From NCBI RefSeq assembly GCF_006345805.1, contig NC_043001.1:48298001-48362000 (forward strand): DNA of 64,000 bases, given 5' to 3'. This stretch comes from Octopus sinensis. Taxonomy: Eukaryota. Each line of letters opens with the position of its first letter. The first letter of the stretch is position 1. A model generated the notes under the pieces. The model did no database searches, was not told the DNA's origin, and saw only the letters and a program-made list of their open reading frames with translations. Position numbers and translations under genes: made by a program. Positions 1 through 12,190 of this stretch are shown piece by piece.

Positions 1-992
1 AAACACAGTAACATCAGAACCTTCGCTGATGATTCCAAGCTCCAGAAGGTCATCAATGGCGTGGATGACCGAATAAGCCTTCAGTCAGACCTACTGGCTG
101 TTGTCCAATGGGCGGAAAAGAATAACATGTTGCTAAATGAAGACAAATTCGAACTGATCCACTTTGGAAGGGAGGACGCTCTGAAACTCCCATACTCTCT
201 TCCTTCTGGAGAAATTCTCATGGCATCCAACAACATCAGAGACTTGGGAGTAACAGTGGACAACAACATAAGCTGGGCTACACATATAAGCAGCAAAGTT
301 GACATGGCCCGCAGAATGTGTTCCTGGATTCTCAGAACCTTCCAGTCGAGAGATTCCCACACTATTATCCTTCTCTTCTCCACTTTTACCGGACCCCACC
401 TTGAATACTGCTGTCCACTATGGTCTGCCTACACAAAACAAAATATTATGAGAATTGAAGCTCCCCAAAGGTCAATCACAAAAAAGATAGATGGCATGTC
501 AGACCTTGACTACTGGGGTAGACTAGAGAAGCTGAAACTGTATTCACTACAACGACGCCGTGAACGCTACATTATCTGTATGATGTGGAAAATATTCCAT
601 CAGCACTGTCCGAATGATGTTGGCATCACCTTCAAAATACATCCAAGGCTTGGACCACGTGCCATCCGCCCACAACAAAAATCTAAATCGCATCACATAA
701 CGACAATACGGCACAACTATTTCACCTCAATTGGACCCGCTCTCTTCAACATTACACCAGGACACGTCAAAAAAGAAACTGACCACACAAAATTCAAGAA
801 GTCTTTGGACAAATTCCTTCAAACAGTCCCGGACAAACCACCCACACCCGGATATGGCTCCGCAAACAATAACTCTCTGCTCGAATGGGCCTTGGTGCCC
901 AAATCCTGAATTGAAGTACTTCGCCAGGTGGTGCTATTAAGTTAGACATGACGTGGGCCAATACTGGCCAAAACCTTTCTAAGTTATTCTAA

Positions 993-997
<5 letters not shown>
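1..997 (+). mobile_element. CR1-group (CR1/L2/Crack-like) non-LTR retrotransposon, 3' part: RT C-terminus and 3' UTR; runs off the window start
   Basis: Frame 1 is open from base 1 to the stop at 909. RT catalytic motif FADD at 22-33, followed by typical CR1/L2 C-terminal motifs (IRDLGVTVD, PHLEYCCPLW, LYSLQRRRERY). The short 3' UTR ends in TTCTAAGTTA-TTCTAAGTT before (TA)n. Confidence 0.92.
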
Positions 998-1027
<30 letters not shown>

Positions 1028-1030
<3 letters not shown>

Positions 1031-1247
1031 CCCAGTCGAAGTCGACTCTCGGTTACTCGATGAATCAGTGTCCTCCAGTCAGTTCTATCCTGGACAGCTT
1101 CTTTCAGATTGGCTATGTCCATTCCGTTATCACTGTTGATGGTGTCAAGTCAGCGGGTTCTAGGTCGGCCTCTTCCTCTCTTGCGACTGACCATTCCGAA
1201 CATGATGTCCTTCTCCAGGGATTTTCTCCGCATATCTATGGATCTAA
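1028..1247 (-). mobile_element. RTE-clade LINE 3' end fragment
   Basis: Minus strand reads [32 protein letters not shown]...AVQDRTDWR, the RTE/BovB-type ORF C-terminus (GRGRP...W). Confidence 0.85.
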
Positions 1248-1258
1248 ATATATATATA

Positions 1259-1302
<44 letters not shown>

Positions 1303-1424
1303 TATATAATATATATATATATACATACATATGCATATATATATGTATATATATATATACATATATACATATATACACACACACATATATATATATGCAT
1401 GCATATATACATACATATATATAT

Positions 1425-1487
<63 letters not shown>

Positions 1488-1489
<2 letters not shown>

Positions 1490-1634
1490 CGGGCCTCTTT
1501 CAGTTTCTTTCTACCAAATCCTCTGAATAGGCTGAAGCTAGAATAATAGAAGACACTTGCCCAAGGTGCCACGCAGTGGAACCTACCCCGGAACCACGTG
1601 GTTGGGAATCAAACTTCTGACCACACAGCCATGC
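1488..1634 (-). mobile_element. tRNA-derived SINE, family A, 5' half
   Basis: Reverse complement has an A box (TGGCTGTGTGG), a B-box-like region and the CACCTTGGGCAAGTGTCTTCT core, shared with copies at 17999 and 57117. Confidence 0.85.
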
Positions 1635-1906
1635 TAGCGTCTGAGGTGACTTCGGAAACATGTATGTCGTTATGGTAAATCAGCAGCATAAGATGAACTG
1701 ATCATGCATGACGCTAGTCCCCATGTACTTTTCTGCCGAGAGTAGTGCATGAGGGGTACTGAATATGAAATGACTGTTGATGTCCTTCAATACCTCTTGA
1801 GTAAAGCGAGAAAGTTTTTCCGCGGCAAATCTAGCAGTGTATGCGGTCTTCGTAAAGGTCAAATATATTCTAAAACATATTTGAAGAGGCGTAATACACG
1901 GTAATA

Positions 1907-2472
1907 TTGGCTTGTCCGGAAAGTTCGTGTCAATTTTTAAAGGAAAGAAAACGTTCAATAAATACTTGCCATTACATTTTTAATCAACCAAATATGAACC
2001 GTTTTGTTGCACAATGCGTTTCCATCTTTCATTTACCATGAAAATACCCTCTTCCCAGAATTGAGGTGGTTTCATGGTAAAGAATTCATCAAGGTATCTT
2101 TTTACGTCATCCAAGGAATTGAAATTTTTACCATTAAGAATATTCTACTGAGACCTGAATAAGTGGAAATCCGAAGGAGAAATATCTGGTGAATATGCAG
2201 GGTGTGGTAACACATTCCAGTCCAGCTGCAGCAATTTTTGTCTGATTCCAAAATCATTAGGTGCCGAAAATGAGCTTTCTTATCTTCCATTTTAAAGGAT
2301 TACAGAATTAACACCGGTTGTAGGAACATAAACCTTCCTCTACGAAACGATAGCTTAAACTATGCTCTAAATGGAAGTGTAGTCAAATCCTATTTTGTGG
2401 ACTCAACCATGTTCTAAAATAAGTCGAAAGGTATGCTACTATAAATCAGCACGAACTTTCCGGACAACCCAA
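1907..2472 (-). mobile_element. Internally deleted mariner (non-autonomous), 566 bp
   Basis: TIRs TTGG(C/G)TTGTCCGGAAAGTTCGTG at both ends, TA at 1905-06 and 2473-74. The N-terminus (MEDKKAHFRHLM) is joined directly to the C-terminus (HPAYSPDISPSDFHLF...RWKRIVQQNGSY). Confidence 0.92.
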
Positions 2473-3350
2473 TATCTTAGTTTTGTTACCGGGATTCTTA
2501 TACCTAACCAAAATTGTTACATATTTGTGTAACATTTTCCTGTCTCTTTATTTCGTTTACCACACACACACACACGTACACACACACACACACACACACA
2601 CATACATGCACCCATACATATACATAGTTACACACACACAGAACCACGCTTTTTTCTACTTATAATATCAGTCCACATAGAACCCGACGTCACCTCATCC
2701 CACTTCAGATTGTCATTTATTCTATTCTCATGACGTAATAACTTTTGACGCCACGGAGACTAGAATAAGCTGGTCTCTTCAGTAGATTCTTAAAATTGTT
2801 CTATTCCAGGATATCGTCTTGATTTTTTTCCCACTCTGTACATGTTTATGATCTCGCCTATTAACATGACGCCGTTTGTGTACGTACGCACGCATGTATG
2901 TATGTATGTATGTATGTATGTATGTATGTATGTATGCCTTTACCATTCTATGTTGTTGTGATTGTGTATACGTATTTGTGAGTCTGTAGAACATGGATGT
3001 TGTTGTAAGTGAGTCTTGTTTCTCCCATACCGACATCATTTCTATACAGGATGATAAATTCAAACAAGATCATATAATCTCCATCATCTTAGTTCTGTTC
3101 TTTTTTTCTTTTTCTTTTTTGACAAATCGCTCCAGGGTTGATAAAAGGAGATACTTTCTACGTGTGTGCCGCAGTGAATCTCTTTCTTTGCATCTCTCTC
3201 TCTCTTCTCCCCCTCTCTCTCTCTCTCTCTCTTCTGTTTATGTACATATCGGTATATGCATGTATCATATGTATACATGTATAGATAAGCAGACACACAG
3301 ACAGACAGGTAGACAGATAGATAGGCAAAAATACATACAGACAGACAGAC

Positions 3351-3403
<53 letters not shown>

Positions 3404-3560
3404 CATGCATACATACATACATACATAGACAGAGTCAGATATATTCAGACAGACAAGCAGACAGACAGGCACGCAAACAGACAGACATGCAGGCAGGCAG
3501 GAAGGCAGACAAGCAAGCAGATAAACAGACAGACAGGCAGAAAGACAGATAGATAGATAT

Positions 3561-3633
<73 letters not shown>

Positions 3634-3911
3634 CAGACGGACAGACAGACGAATGGTAGTGCGCAGCATTCTGTGTAGTAATTAGACTCCTATGAAATCC
3701 ACAAAAATACCTTAATAGTCTAATCAAGGGTTTTATTCACTGAAAGTGCCTGCAACTAATTAGCTTACAATTAGTATACGTAATATAAACCAATTAGTTT
3801 ACACTATGACCAATATCTATGTGAAATAATAAACAGAAAAAGATAAATTTAAATTATTACATCCATGCAAAGAAATAAGCGTAAACTTATATATATATAT
3901 ATATATATATA

Positions 3912-3971
<60 letters not shown>

Positions 3972-4225
3972 CTATATATATATATATATATATATATATT
4001 ACACACACACCTACATATATGTGCGTGTGTGTGTATATATATATGTATATAGATGCGTATGTGTGTGTGTGTGTATTTAATATATATATATATATATATG
4101 TATATAGATGCGTATGTGTGTCTAGTTAATCCAAACAAGAAAGCACAAAAAAAAAACACAACAACGCGAGGACGTGGAACAAATATAGTGTTATTGGACG
4201 CTCAGGAAAGAAGGAAAGAAGGAGG

Positions 4226-4260
4226 GTTTAACGTTTCGAGCGGAGCTCTTCATCGGAAAC
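4226..4260 (-). ncRNA. Minimal type-I hammerhead ribozyme-like fold (core variant CCGAUGA)
   Basis: Minus strand GUUU-CCGAUGA-A-GAGC(UCC)GCUC-GAAA-CG-U-U-AAAC: stem I GUUU/AAAC, stem II GAGC/GCUC, palindromic helix III ACGU. Activity untested; U4 is replaced by C. Confidence 0.6.
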
Positions 4261-4359
4261 ATAAAAGAAGGAAAGATCCAGAGAATGGAAGACAGAGGAA
4301 AAAAATCGTCAACAGTACACTCGAGGTCACATTTTGGAAGACCAATTTTTTATTATTTT

Positions 4360-4545
4360 AATTGTTTCAGTCATTTGACTGCGGTTATGCTGGAGCAACG
4401 CCTTGAAGGGTTTTAGTCGAACAAATCGACCCCAGGAATTATTTTTTAAGCCTAGTACTTCCTCTTTAAATCCCTTTTGCCGAACCGCCACGTTACGGGG
4501 ACATAAAGACGCCAGCACCGTTTGTCAAGTGGTTGGGAAGCGAGC
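4360..4545 (-). mobile_element. SINE family A, 3' half
   Basis: TTGTTTCAGTCATTTGACTGCGG..ATGCTGGAGCA..GCC...AATCGACCCCAGGA matches the reverse complement of the 3' half of the copy at 17999-18355. Confidence 0.8.
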
Positions 4546-4579
4546 TTCCTACTACACACATGCGCGCGCGCATAGACAC

Positions 4580-4637
<58 letters not shown>

Positions 4638-5294
4638 TCTGGGATTGTAATCAGTGGTCTATTGAACTTGCTTGGTAAATTCAGGTGTTCTGATGATTTC
4701 AGATCGTTTAGAATGCTCTTTATGCTTTTATACAAGTCATACGATTCCATCTTCAGTCTCTAGTTCCTTCCAAACTCTGTAGACAAAAGTTCTGGCAACT
4801 TTTGAAAGTCGAGATATTACTAAATCGCTATGATCAGCATTTGTAACCACAATAACAGCAACAAACCTCTTCATTTCTTGAGTGAGGTGAGTGTCGGTCG
4901 TTATTATTTTCTGAAACAAAGATTATACAGAGTTAGCAAAAATTGCAGCAGTGACCCAAAATAGGTATGTCCTCAATACCTTATGCACTCTGTATGTATA
5001 TATATATATATTATATATATATATATAGATATATATACATATATATGATCATATATGTAATATGTGCATGCCATATACACACACACACAGTGGTGGCAGA
5101 AAACAAAAACAAAGAAACTAGACGGGATTGGTTGACGATCAAAATTTGTTAGTCTGACACTTGGAAGAATGGAAACACAATCGTTACGACATATCATAGA
5201 CACAGCTGCCACACACGGACCAGCATCACCCATACATCGCAAACATCTACGCTCACAATCACACATGTACACACACATATATGTTTATATAAAT

Positions 5295-5598
5295 ATATAT
5301 ATATATATATATCACGTGATCAGGTGACCACCGGCTATCAGATGTTGCTAACGCTGGTCACAATGCGCTTCGAATTGTTTTAGCTTCAAATGACGCCACC
5401 TGCTGGCTAAGCGAGCAGGTAAACAGAAGAAAGAGTGGGAGAAAGTTGCGGAGAAAGAGTACAGCAGGCTGGCGCGACACTGACGGAGCATCGTGGAGCT
5501 TTAGGTGTTTTCGCTCAATAAACACACACAACGCCCGGTCTGGAAATCGAAACCGCGATCCTCCGACCGTCTCTGCCCTAATCACTGGGCCATTGCGT

Positions 5599-5600
<2 letters not shown>
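5295..5600 (-). mobile_element. tRNA-derived SINE, family C (variant tail C2)
   Basis: Reverse complement begins GGACGCAATGGCCCAGTGATTAGGGCAG (A box) with B box GGTTTCGATTTCC. Tail is shared with the copy at 43190-43460. Confidence 0.85.
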
Positions 5601-5670
<70 letters not shown>

Positions 5671-5746
5671 ATATGTATATATATATATGTATATAATATA
5701 TATGTATATATATATATATCTATATATTATATATATATATATATAC

Positions 5747-5812
<66 letters not shown>

Positions 5813-5814
5813 AT

Positions 5815-6073
<259 letters not shown>

Positions 6074-6110
6074 AATTATATATATATTTTATATATATAT
6101 ATATCTATAT

Positions 6111-6326
6111 GGAGACGCAATGGCCCAGTGATTAGGGCAGCAGACTCACGGTCGGAGGATCGCGGTTTCGATCCCAGACCGGGCGTTGTGTGTGTTTATT
6201 GAGCGAAAACACCTAAAGCTCCACGAGGCTCCGGCAGGGGTGGTCGCGACCCCTGCTGTACTATTTCTCCGCAACTTTCTCTCACTCTTTCTTCTGTTGA
6301 CCTGCTCGCTTAGCCACCAGGGTGGC

Positions 6327-6329
<3 letters not shown>
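6111..6329 (+). mobile_element. SINE family C (C2), 3'-truncated
   Basis: GGAGACGCAATGGCCCAGTGATTAGGG head, then GAGCGAAAACACCTAAAGCTCCACGA body. Confidence 0.88.
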
Positions 6330-6375
<46 letters not shown>

Positions 6376-6864
6376 GTGTATATATATATATATATTGTGT
6401 GTATATATATATATATATATATTTGTGTAAATTCATTTCTATATACTTTTACTCTTTTACTTGTTTCAGTCATTTGACTGTGGCCGTGCTGAACACTGCC
6501 TTTAAAGAAAACAGAAAAAAAAAACCAAAGAAAAAAAGAGGTAAATAGTAATGTCCCCCAGTTTCTTTTTTCTTTCTGCTTTCTTTCTGCTTTCATTTTC
6601 CGGTGTTTTCAACCTTCCATATTTTATATTTACTTCCTTCTCACTTTTCTTGCATTTTCTTTCATCCATCGTCCTGTTTTAGCTTGTTATGCCATGTAGA
6701 CAGAGCTCGAGCTATGCATGAAAGCACCAGACGTGATATAAAATGTTGTCCGAGCTGTTTTGCATCTCCTGAAACTATTAGCAGCTCATCGAATTAATAT
6801 TGTGTTTATTAGATAATACTAATCTCTTACCTGTTGTTGTTCTTACCATCACGGAACAGCACAC

Positions 6865-6955
<91 letters not shown>

Positions 6956-6969
6956 ATTCATATATATAC

Positions 6970-7003
<34 letters not shown>

Positions 7004-7235
7004 TAGAAATATGTTACAAAAAGAAAATATAAAATACAAAATACAAAATACACGTGGAAATGTAAGGGGAAGATATGAAACTCAACGAAAATGGCCATTG
7101 TAAATAAAAAAAAAGGCTTTCTATGAAAGGTACCAACAGATATATACATTTAGATGGACTGAGGTAGTAATAAAAGTCATTATTATGTGATGATTAGAAA
7201 GTCAGAAAACAAAGCATACCATGGTTCCGCAAAGC

Positions 7236-7240
7236 TATTC

Positions 7241-7299
<59 letters not shown>

Positions 7300-7785
7300 T
7301 GTACATTAAGCACATAAGAGGTAACCATCTTAGGAAACCTAGCACGCTTGAAGGAATAGCCGAAATCCAAACCACTATTATGGATAAATTTTGAAGTGAC
7401 TGAAAAATTAAAACATTTACCATCTATCTCCTGGACCATGGCTTCTAGCTCTCTATTAGCAAATAAAATAATTTGCCAGGCGGAGCTTTCCTCGGCCGAC
7501 AAAAACCTGAAAAATTATAATATATAAGCACGGGTCTATATGCTGGATTGCCTCGTATTTATATGTTTAATCTTGGCGTACCTGTTGATGAAAGCTCCGC
7601 CTGCCAAATCATTTTATTTGCTGATATAGAGCTAGAAACCACGGTCCAGGACATAGATGGTAAATGTTTATATTTTTCATTTCCTTCGAAATTTATCCCT
7701 AATAGTGGTTTGGATTTTGGTTATTTCTTCTAGCGTGCTAGGTTACCTCTTATGTGCTTAAAAGTACGCTGTATTTATATGAATA
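7236..7785. mobile_element. MITE / foldback element with ~210-bp imperfect terminal inverted repeats
   Basis: 7293-7500 is an imperfect reverse complement of 7584-7785. The ORF track shows mirrored peptides on opposite strands (ESSA-QIILFA...QDIDGKC). There is an ~80-bp spacer and no transposase. Confidence 0.75.
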
Positions 7786-7905
7786 ATATATAGTCTATTG
7801 ACCAATTTCTCTACACTCTAGGCTACTGGTAGTAAAAAATTTCTAAATTTTTTCTTAACCTGATATTGTATATATATATATTATATATATATACGTATGT
7901 ATGTA

Positions 7906-7977
<72 letters not shown>

Positions 7978-8135
7978 ATATATATAGATAATATATATAT
8001 ATATATATATATATATTTATTATATATGCATATATATAGTGTATATACATTATATACATATATATATATTTATTATATACATATATAGAATATATATAAT
8101 ATACAAATATATATATGTATGTATATGTATGTATG

Positions 8136-8170
<35 letters not shown>

Positions 8171-8184
8171 ACGTAATATATATT

Positions 8185-8224
<40 letters not shown>

Positions 8225-8688
8225 TTATATATATATATATATGTGGTAACTGTCAACTTGTAGGCAGTATGACAATCACTGACAAATTATCTTATCCTAA
8301 ATGTTATAGACTATAGCTGTCAGCAATGCCCATGAGGAAATTTCAAATCAATAACAGCTTGCAAAACATCGTTTTGACTCTCACTTACAATATAGTCCAG
8401 ATACAAGTGAGAGGAAGACCTCCGGTCTCGCAATGAAGTGGTTGTCATTTCGGAATTTCCTTTTCCTAGAGAGATGTCCAAACAAAGATTAGAGGTGTCT
8501 CACTTCCAGCTGTTTAATAGCCGTTGTTTCTATTGAGTTCATCTGTCAGATGGGTTTTTTTTTCGTCAAGCAGGATGTGCAGGCTATGTAGGTTTTTCGA
8601 CGTAGTTGCTGGCGACCCGACTATGCGACAAGTTGTATTAGATTACTAATTACAAGTAGCGCAAAGATTGAAATGAAATAAATTTTAT

Positions 8689-8749
<61 letters not shown>

Positions 8750-8828
8750 ACATACATACATACATACATTCATACATACATACATACATACATACATACA
8801 TACATACATACATACATACATACATACA

Positions 8829-10053
8829 TCATGTAGGTGTAAAGGTAATGGCCGATTTTGAGGTCTCTATTAAAAATGAAAAAGCCCATGATTCGTTAAC
8901 ATAATTTCTATTGCTTTTTAGAATGTCATTCCATCTGTCAACAAGCTTATAAATGTCACGCTTGTAAAAGTTTGATGCGAAATATTAATCGAACTCATTT
9001 TCAAACTCTTGTCTTGATGTCAATCTAAGACCATTCAAATGGTTCTGTAATCCCCCAAACAAGTGATAATCAGAAGGAGCAAGCTTTGGAGAATATGGAG
9101 AATGAAGCAATATTTCCCAAGCAAGCTCTTTCAAGAGATCGTTGGTCAGTCGAGTTGTGTGAGGAGGAACATTATCATGATAGATGACACCCTTTCTGGG
9201 TAAGCAGTGTCGCTTTCTGTTGAAAAGAGCTTTCAAACACTGAAGTTGATCACAATAGAGATTAGCAATAATTGTTTGTTGTCTAACTGTTCGTAATGGA
9301 AAATTTCTTCAATATCCCACCATATGCTCAACATGATCTTCCTTCGATGAAGTCCTCTTCGTGATTATTGAACAGGTTTTCCTCCTCGGTGTTTAACGTT
9401 ATGGTAACGCGGTGTTTATGGTAAAAGATCCATTTCTCATCACCTGCAACACGCCTTCCTAAAAACGGTTCCCTAAGGTGTCGTGAAAGCAATGACTGAC
9501 AAGAACACACTGCTGCAGATTCTCTGGAGACAGTTCTTACGGGACCCCTTTTCCAACCACTGATACCTTTCCGATCCTTTTCAGTAGGTGTAAAACAGTT
9601 TTATGGGCTACGTTAAACTATTCCCCAAGTTCTCTACAAGTAGCGGTTGGATTTTCGGTGACAACAGCTTCCAACTCTTCGGTATCAAATTGTTTTGAAC
9701 GACCTTCTTTTGGTTCTTCTTTCAACCTCAAATCCCACTTCGGAAGCGAGAAAACCATCTCCTGCAACTTCTTTCACTCACTACATCATCCCCATGAACT
9801 CTCAGAAGAGACTTTGCTGCTGTACTTGCATTGACATCGTTATGAAACTCATAGAGTAAGACATGTTTAGATGGGACGAACATGGGAGTGCGAATATAGA
9901 AGAAGGATATGGCCAATACAATTTGAATCTCAAAGAAAAATGTATAAATTACTCATTGTGACATACTTAAAACATTGCAAGAGGTACAATTTTTAAAAAA
10001 TACCATCTAAAATAGTTTCTAAAACATCGTCCTTTACCTTTGCATCAACCTGA
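8829..10053 (-). mobile_element. Full-length decayed mariner (DD34D-type) transposon
   Basis: Degenerate TIRs TCA(T/G)GT..GTG(T/C)AAAGGTAA at both ends. Transposase fragments: HVLLYEF...SERSCRRWFSRFRSG, AGDEKW, YHDNVPPH, HSPYSPKLAPSDYHLF. Many frameshifts. Confidence 0.9.
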
Positions 10054-11149
10054 TATATACATACATATACACAGACACACATACATACTTACATATACAC
10101 AGACACACATACATACATACATACATACATACATACATACATACATACATACATACATACATACATACATACATACATACATACATACATACATACATAC
10201 ATAGCTTCATATACACAAACATCAACATGTTAAATCTGGTCGACTAGTGAAAGCCAAAATTGGCCTGGGTTGGAACCCGGCCATAATAATAATGCATACG
10301 CAGAAATTATCACAGACGGAAGGAATGTAGTTGGCTGCCCAATAGAAAAGGTCGGATAGAGGAGAGTACTCTCTGGATGAAATAGAGAGTAAAACGTTTT
10401 TATTGTCACTGAATTAGATGAGATTTTAAGAAAAGTGAGACGTATGAAGAGGGGGAATGAAATGTAACTAAAATAACTAGACAAACAAATAAATAAATAA
10501 ATTGATAGATAGATAATTAAGTAAATGGAAGTAAATAAATCAATAGCTATAAGAGCAAAAGAATGAAGTGTTATTAAGTTAGTAGCAATTATACTTGCCA
10601 ACATCGTTGAAGAATACTGAACCATTAAATTGATAATAGCTATATAATTTGAATTTTATGAAAAATGCTCCGAAGAGAAAAGCATAACATATTAATACTA
10701 ATAAACACTTAAGAATCACTCCAATGTTATTAAAGTTCAGGGAAGAACAATTTAAAGGTCATATTATACAAATTAAATCAAGAATGATTATTTCTTAATA
10801 ATGATACTAAACGACTGAAAGATTTAAAGGATTAAGAGATTAAAACGTTGAAGCTGAGAGTCAATAGTCCACCATCTAGATATAATCCTTCACTAATGGC
10901 TGTGAAGTGAATCCTAATGTGGTGTTACATTATTAGAATAATGAGGTCTTTGACCTTTGGTAAGTCATGCTGACATCGAAGAAGTATTGCAATAGTCATT
11001 TGTCCAATTAGATTCGTCGCAGTAGATGTTGCTGTGCCTGGAGAATAATATAAGTTACCTGTACATGTAGAACATTCTAGCGCTTTGATGACTAGCGGTT
11101 CGGTGATCTACATTATCGGCCTGTATCCGCAAAACCACCTTAGAATTTA

Positions 11150-12190
11150 CTTTTACAGGCATCGTTAGAAGACACTGGGACAATATACTCTATACAAATG
11201 CAAACCAAAAGAACGGAAAAAGTTAAAGAAAAACTTCTTCAAGAAACTTGGATTGCATTTCACTGCTGACACCACCCTTACCCGCCATCGTTATCCGTGC
11301 TAACATCTATATACTGTAGATCTAAAAGCACCCATTCCACAACCCAAGGAATCCCTATATTATATCTGCTTACTCTCAAACAATTCTTAGAACTTCATAA
11401 GATGCTTAGTTATAACATATCCATCAGGTTCTCATACAATGAACAATTCTTTAAGAACTCTCCCCAAATGTATAATAGTAGCCAATCTAGAACTGATTTT
11501 AAGAACAAGTTAACATATATAGAATCTCAAATTACAATAGACGTACACATATTATCTAGTATATCACACCCTTCAACTCAGCAGTAGCAACTCCAAAAAC
11601 TATTCGTCTCAATCCTTAACTCTTTTCCAATCAGCAAAGACACTACCAATTTTACCAAAAGCTTTATTGTGCTCAACTAGCGCAAATGTTGACCATAACA
11701 TTATCAACTCCATCATATCTAAACTAAACAAACAATAAAAACACTGCTCTAGCAAGCAACGTCACTGCCTCGACTCTGGCTCATGCCTTGCATTCTAACA
11801 ATGTTTAACTAAAGACATTGTTTCTCACTGCGCTGTGTAGACAAATTATACACAGAAGATTTATACTGGTAAGGCATTGAGACGTTTCAGGCAAAGTTAT
11901 TACTCCCACACCAACATCTTTAGGAATCCCTATAGATCAATGTACATACGAGAATCCATGGGTAATACATTATTAATATGGGTAATACATTCTCCTACAT
12001 ACGAGAAGCCATCGGTAATACAAAAGTAATAAGAAACTATGCAATGTATAAAACACAGAAAGCCTGGAAATTCTCTTTTCCAGAATTCTCCTTCTGAATC
12101 GAACCAGTCTAAATGTTATCTGCCATACATGTACTGCATGTTCTAAGACGTAAAAACATTTTAAAGCTATTAATTACTCATACTAATAAT
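11150..12190 (+). mobile_element. Decayed Penelope-like element (RT C-terminus plus GIY-YIG endonuclease)
   Basis: Manual translation across frameshifts gives ERKKLKKNFFKKLGLHFT (RT thumb), C-C-..C...CLTKDIVSHCAV...KIYTGKALRRFRQSYYSH (GIY-YIG) and a terminal KCYLC-like motif. Confidence 0.72.

Noticed and set aside
81-940. Overlapping antisense and alternate-frame ORFs over the LINE (likewise at 19964, 50097, 51024, 58557-60016)
   Set aside because: These are shadow ORFs of transposon coding sequence with no independent motifs.
1680-1900. Minus-strand ORF in moderately GC-rich unique sequence as a possible exon
   Set aside because: No recognisable protein motif and no convincing splice pair; the ORF start lies inside the mariner TIR.
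4840-4892. Strong donor-like GAG|GTGAGT
   Set aside because: Upstream frames from the plausible acceptors contain stops or give only a very short unrecognisable peptide.
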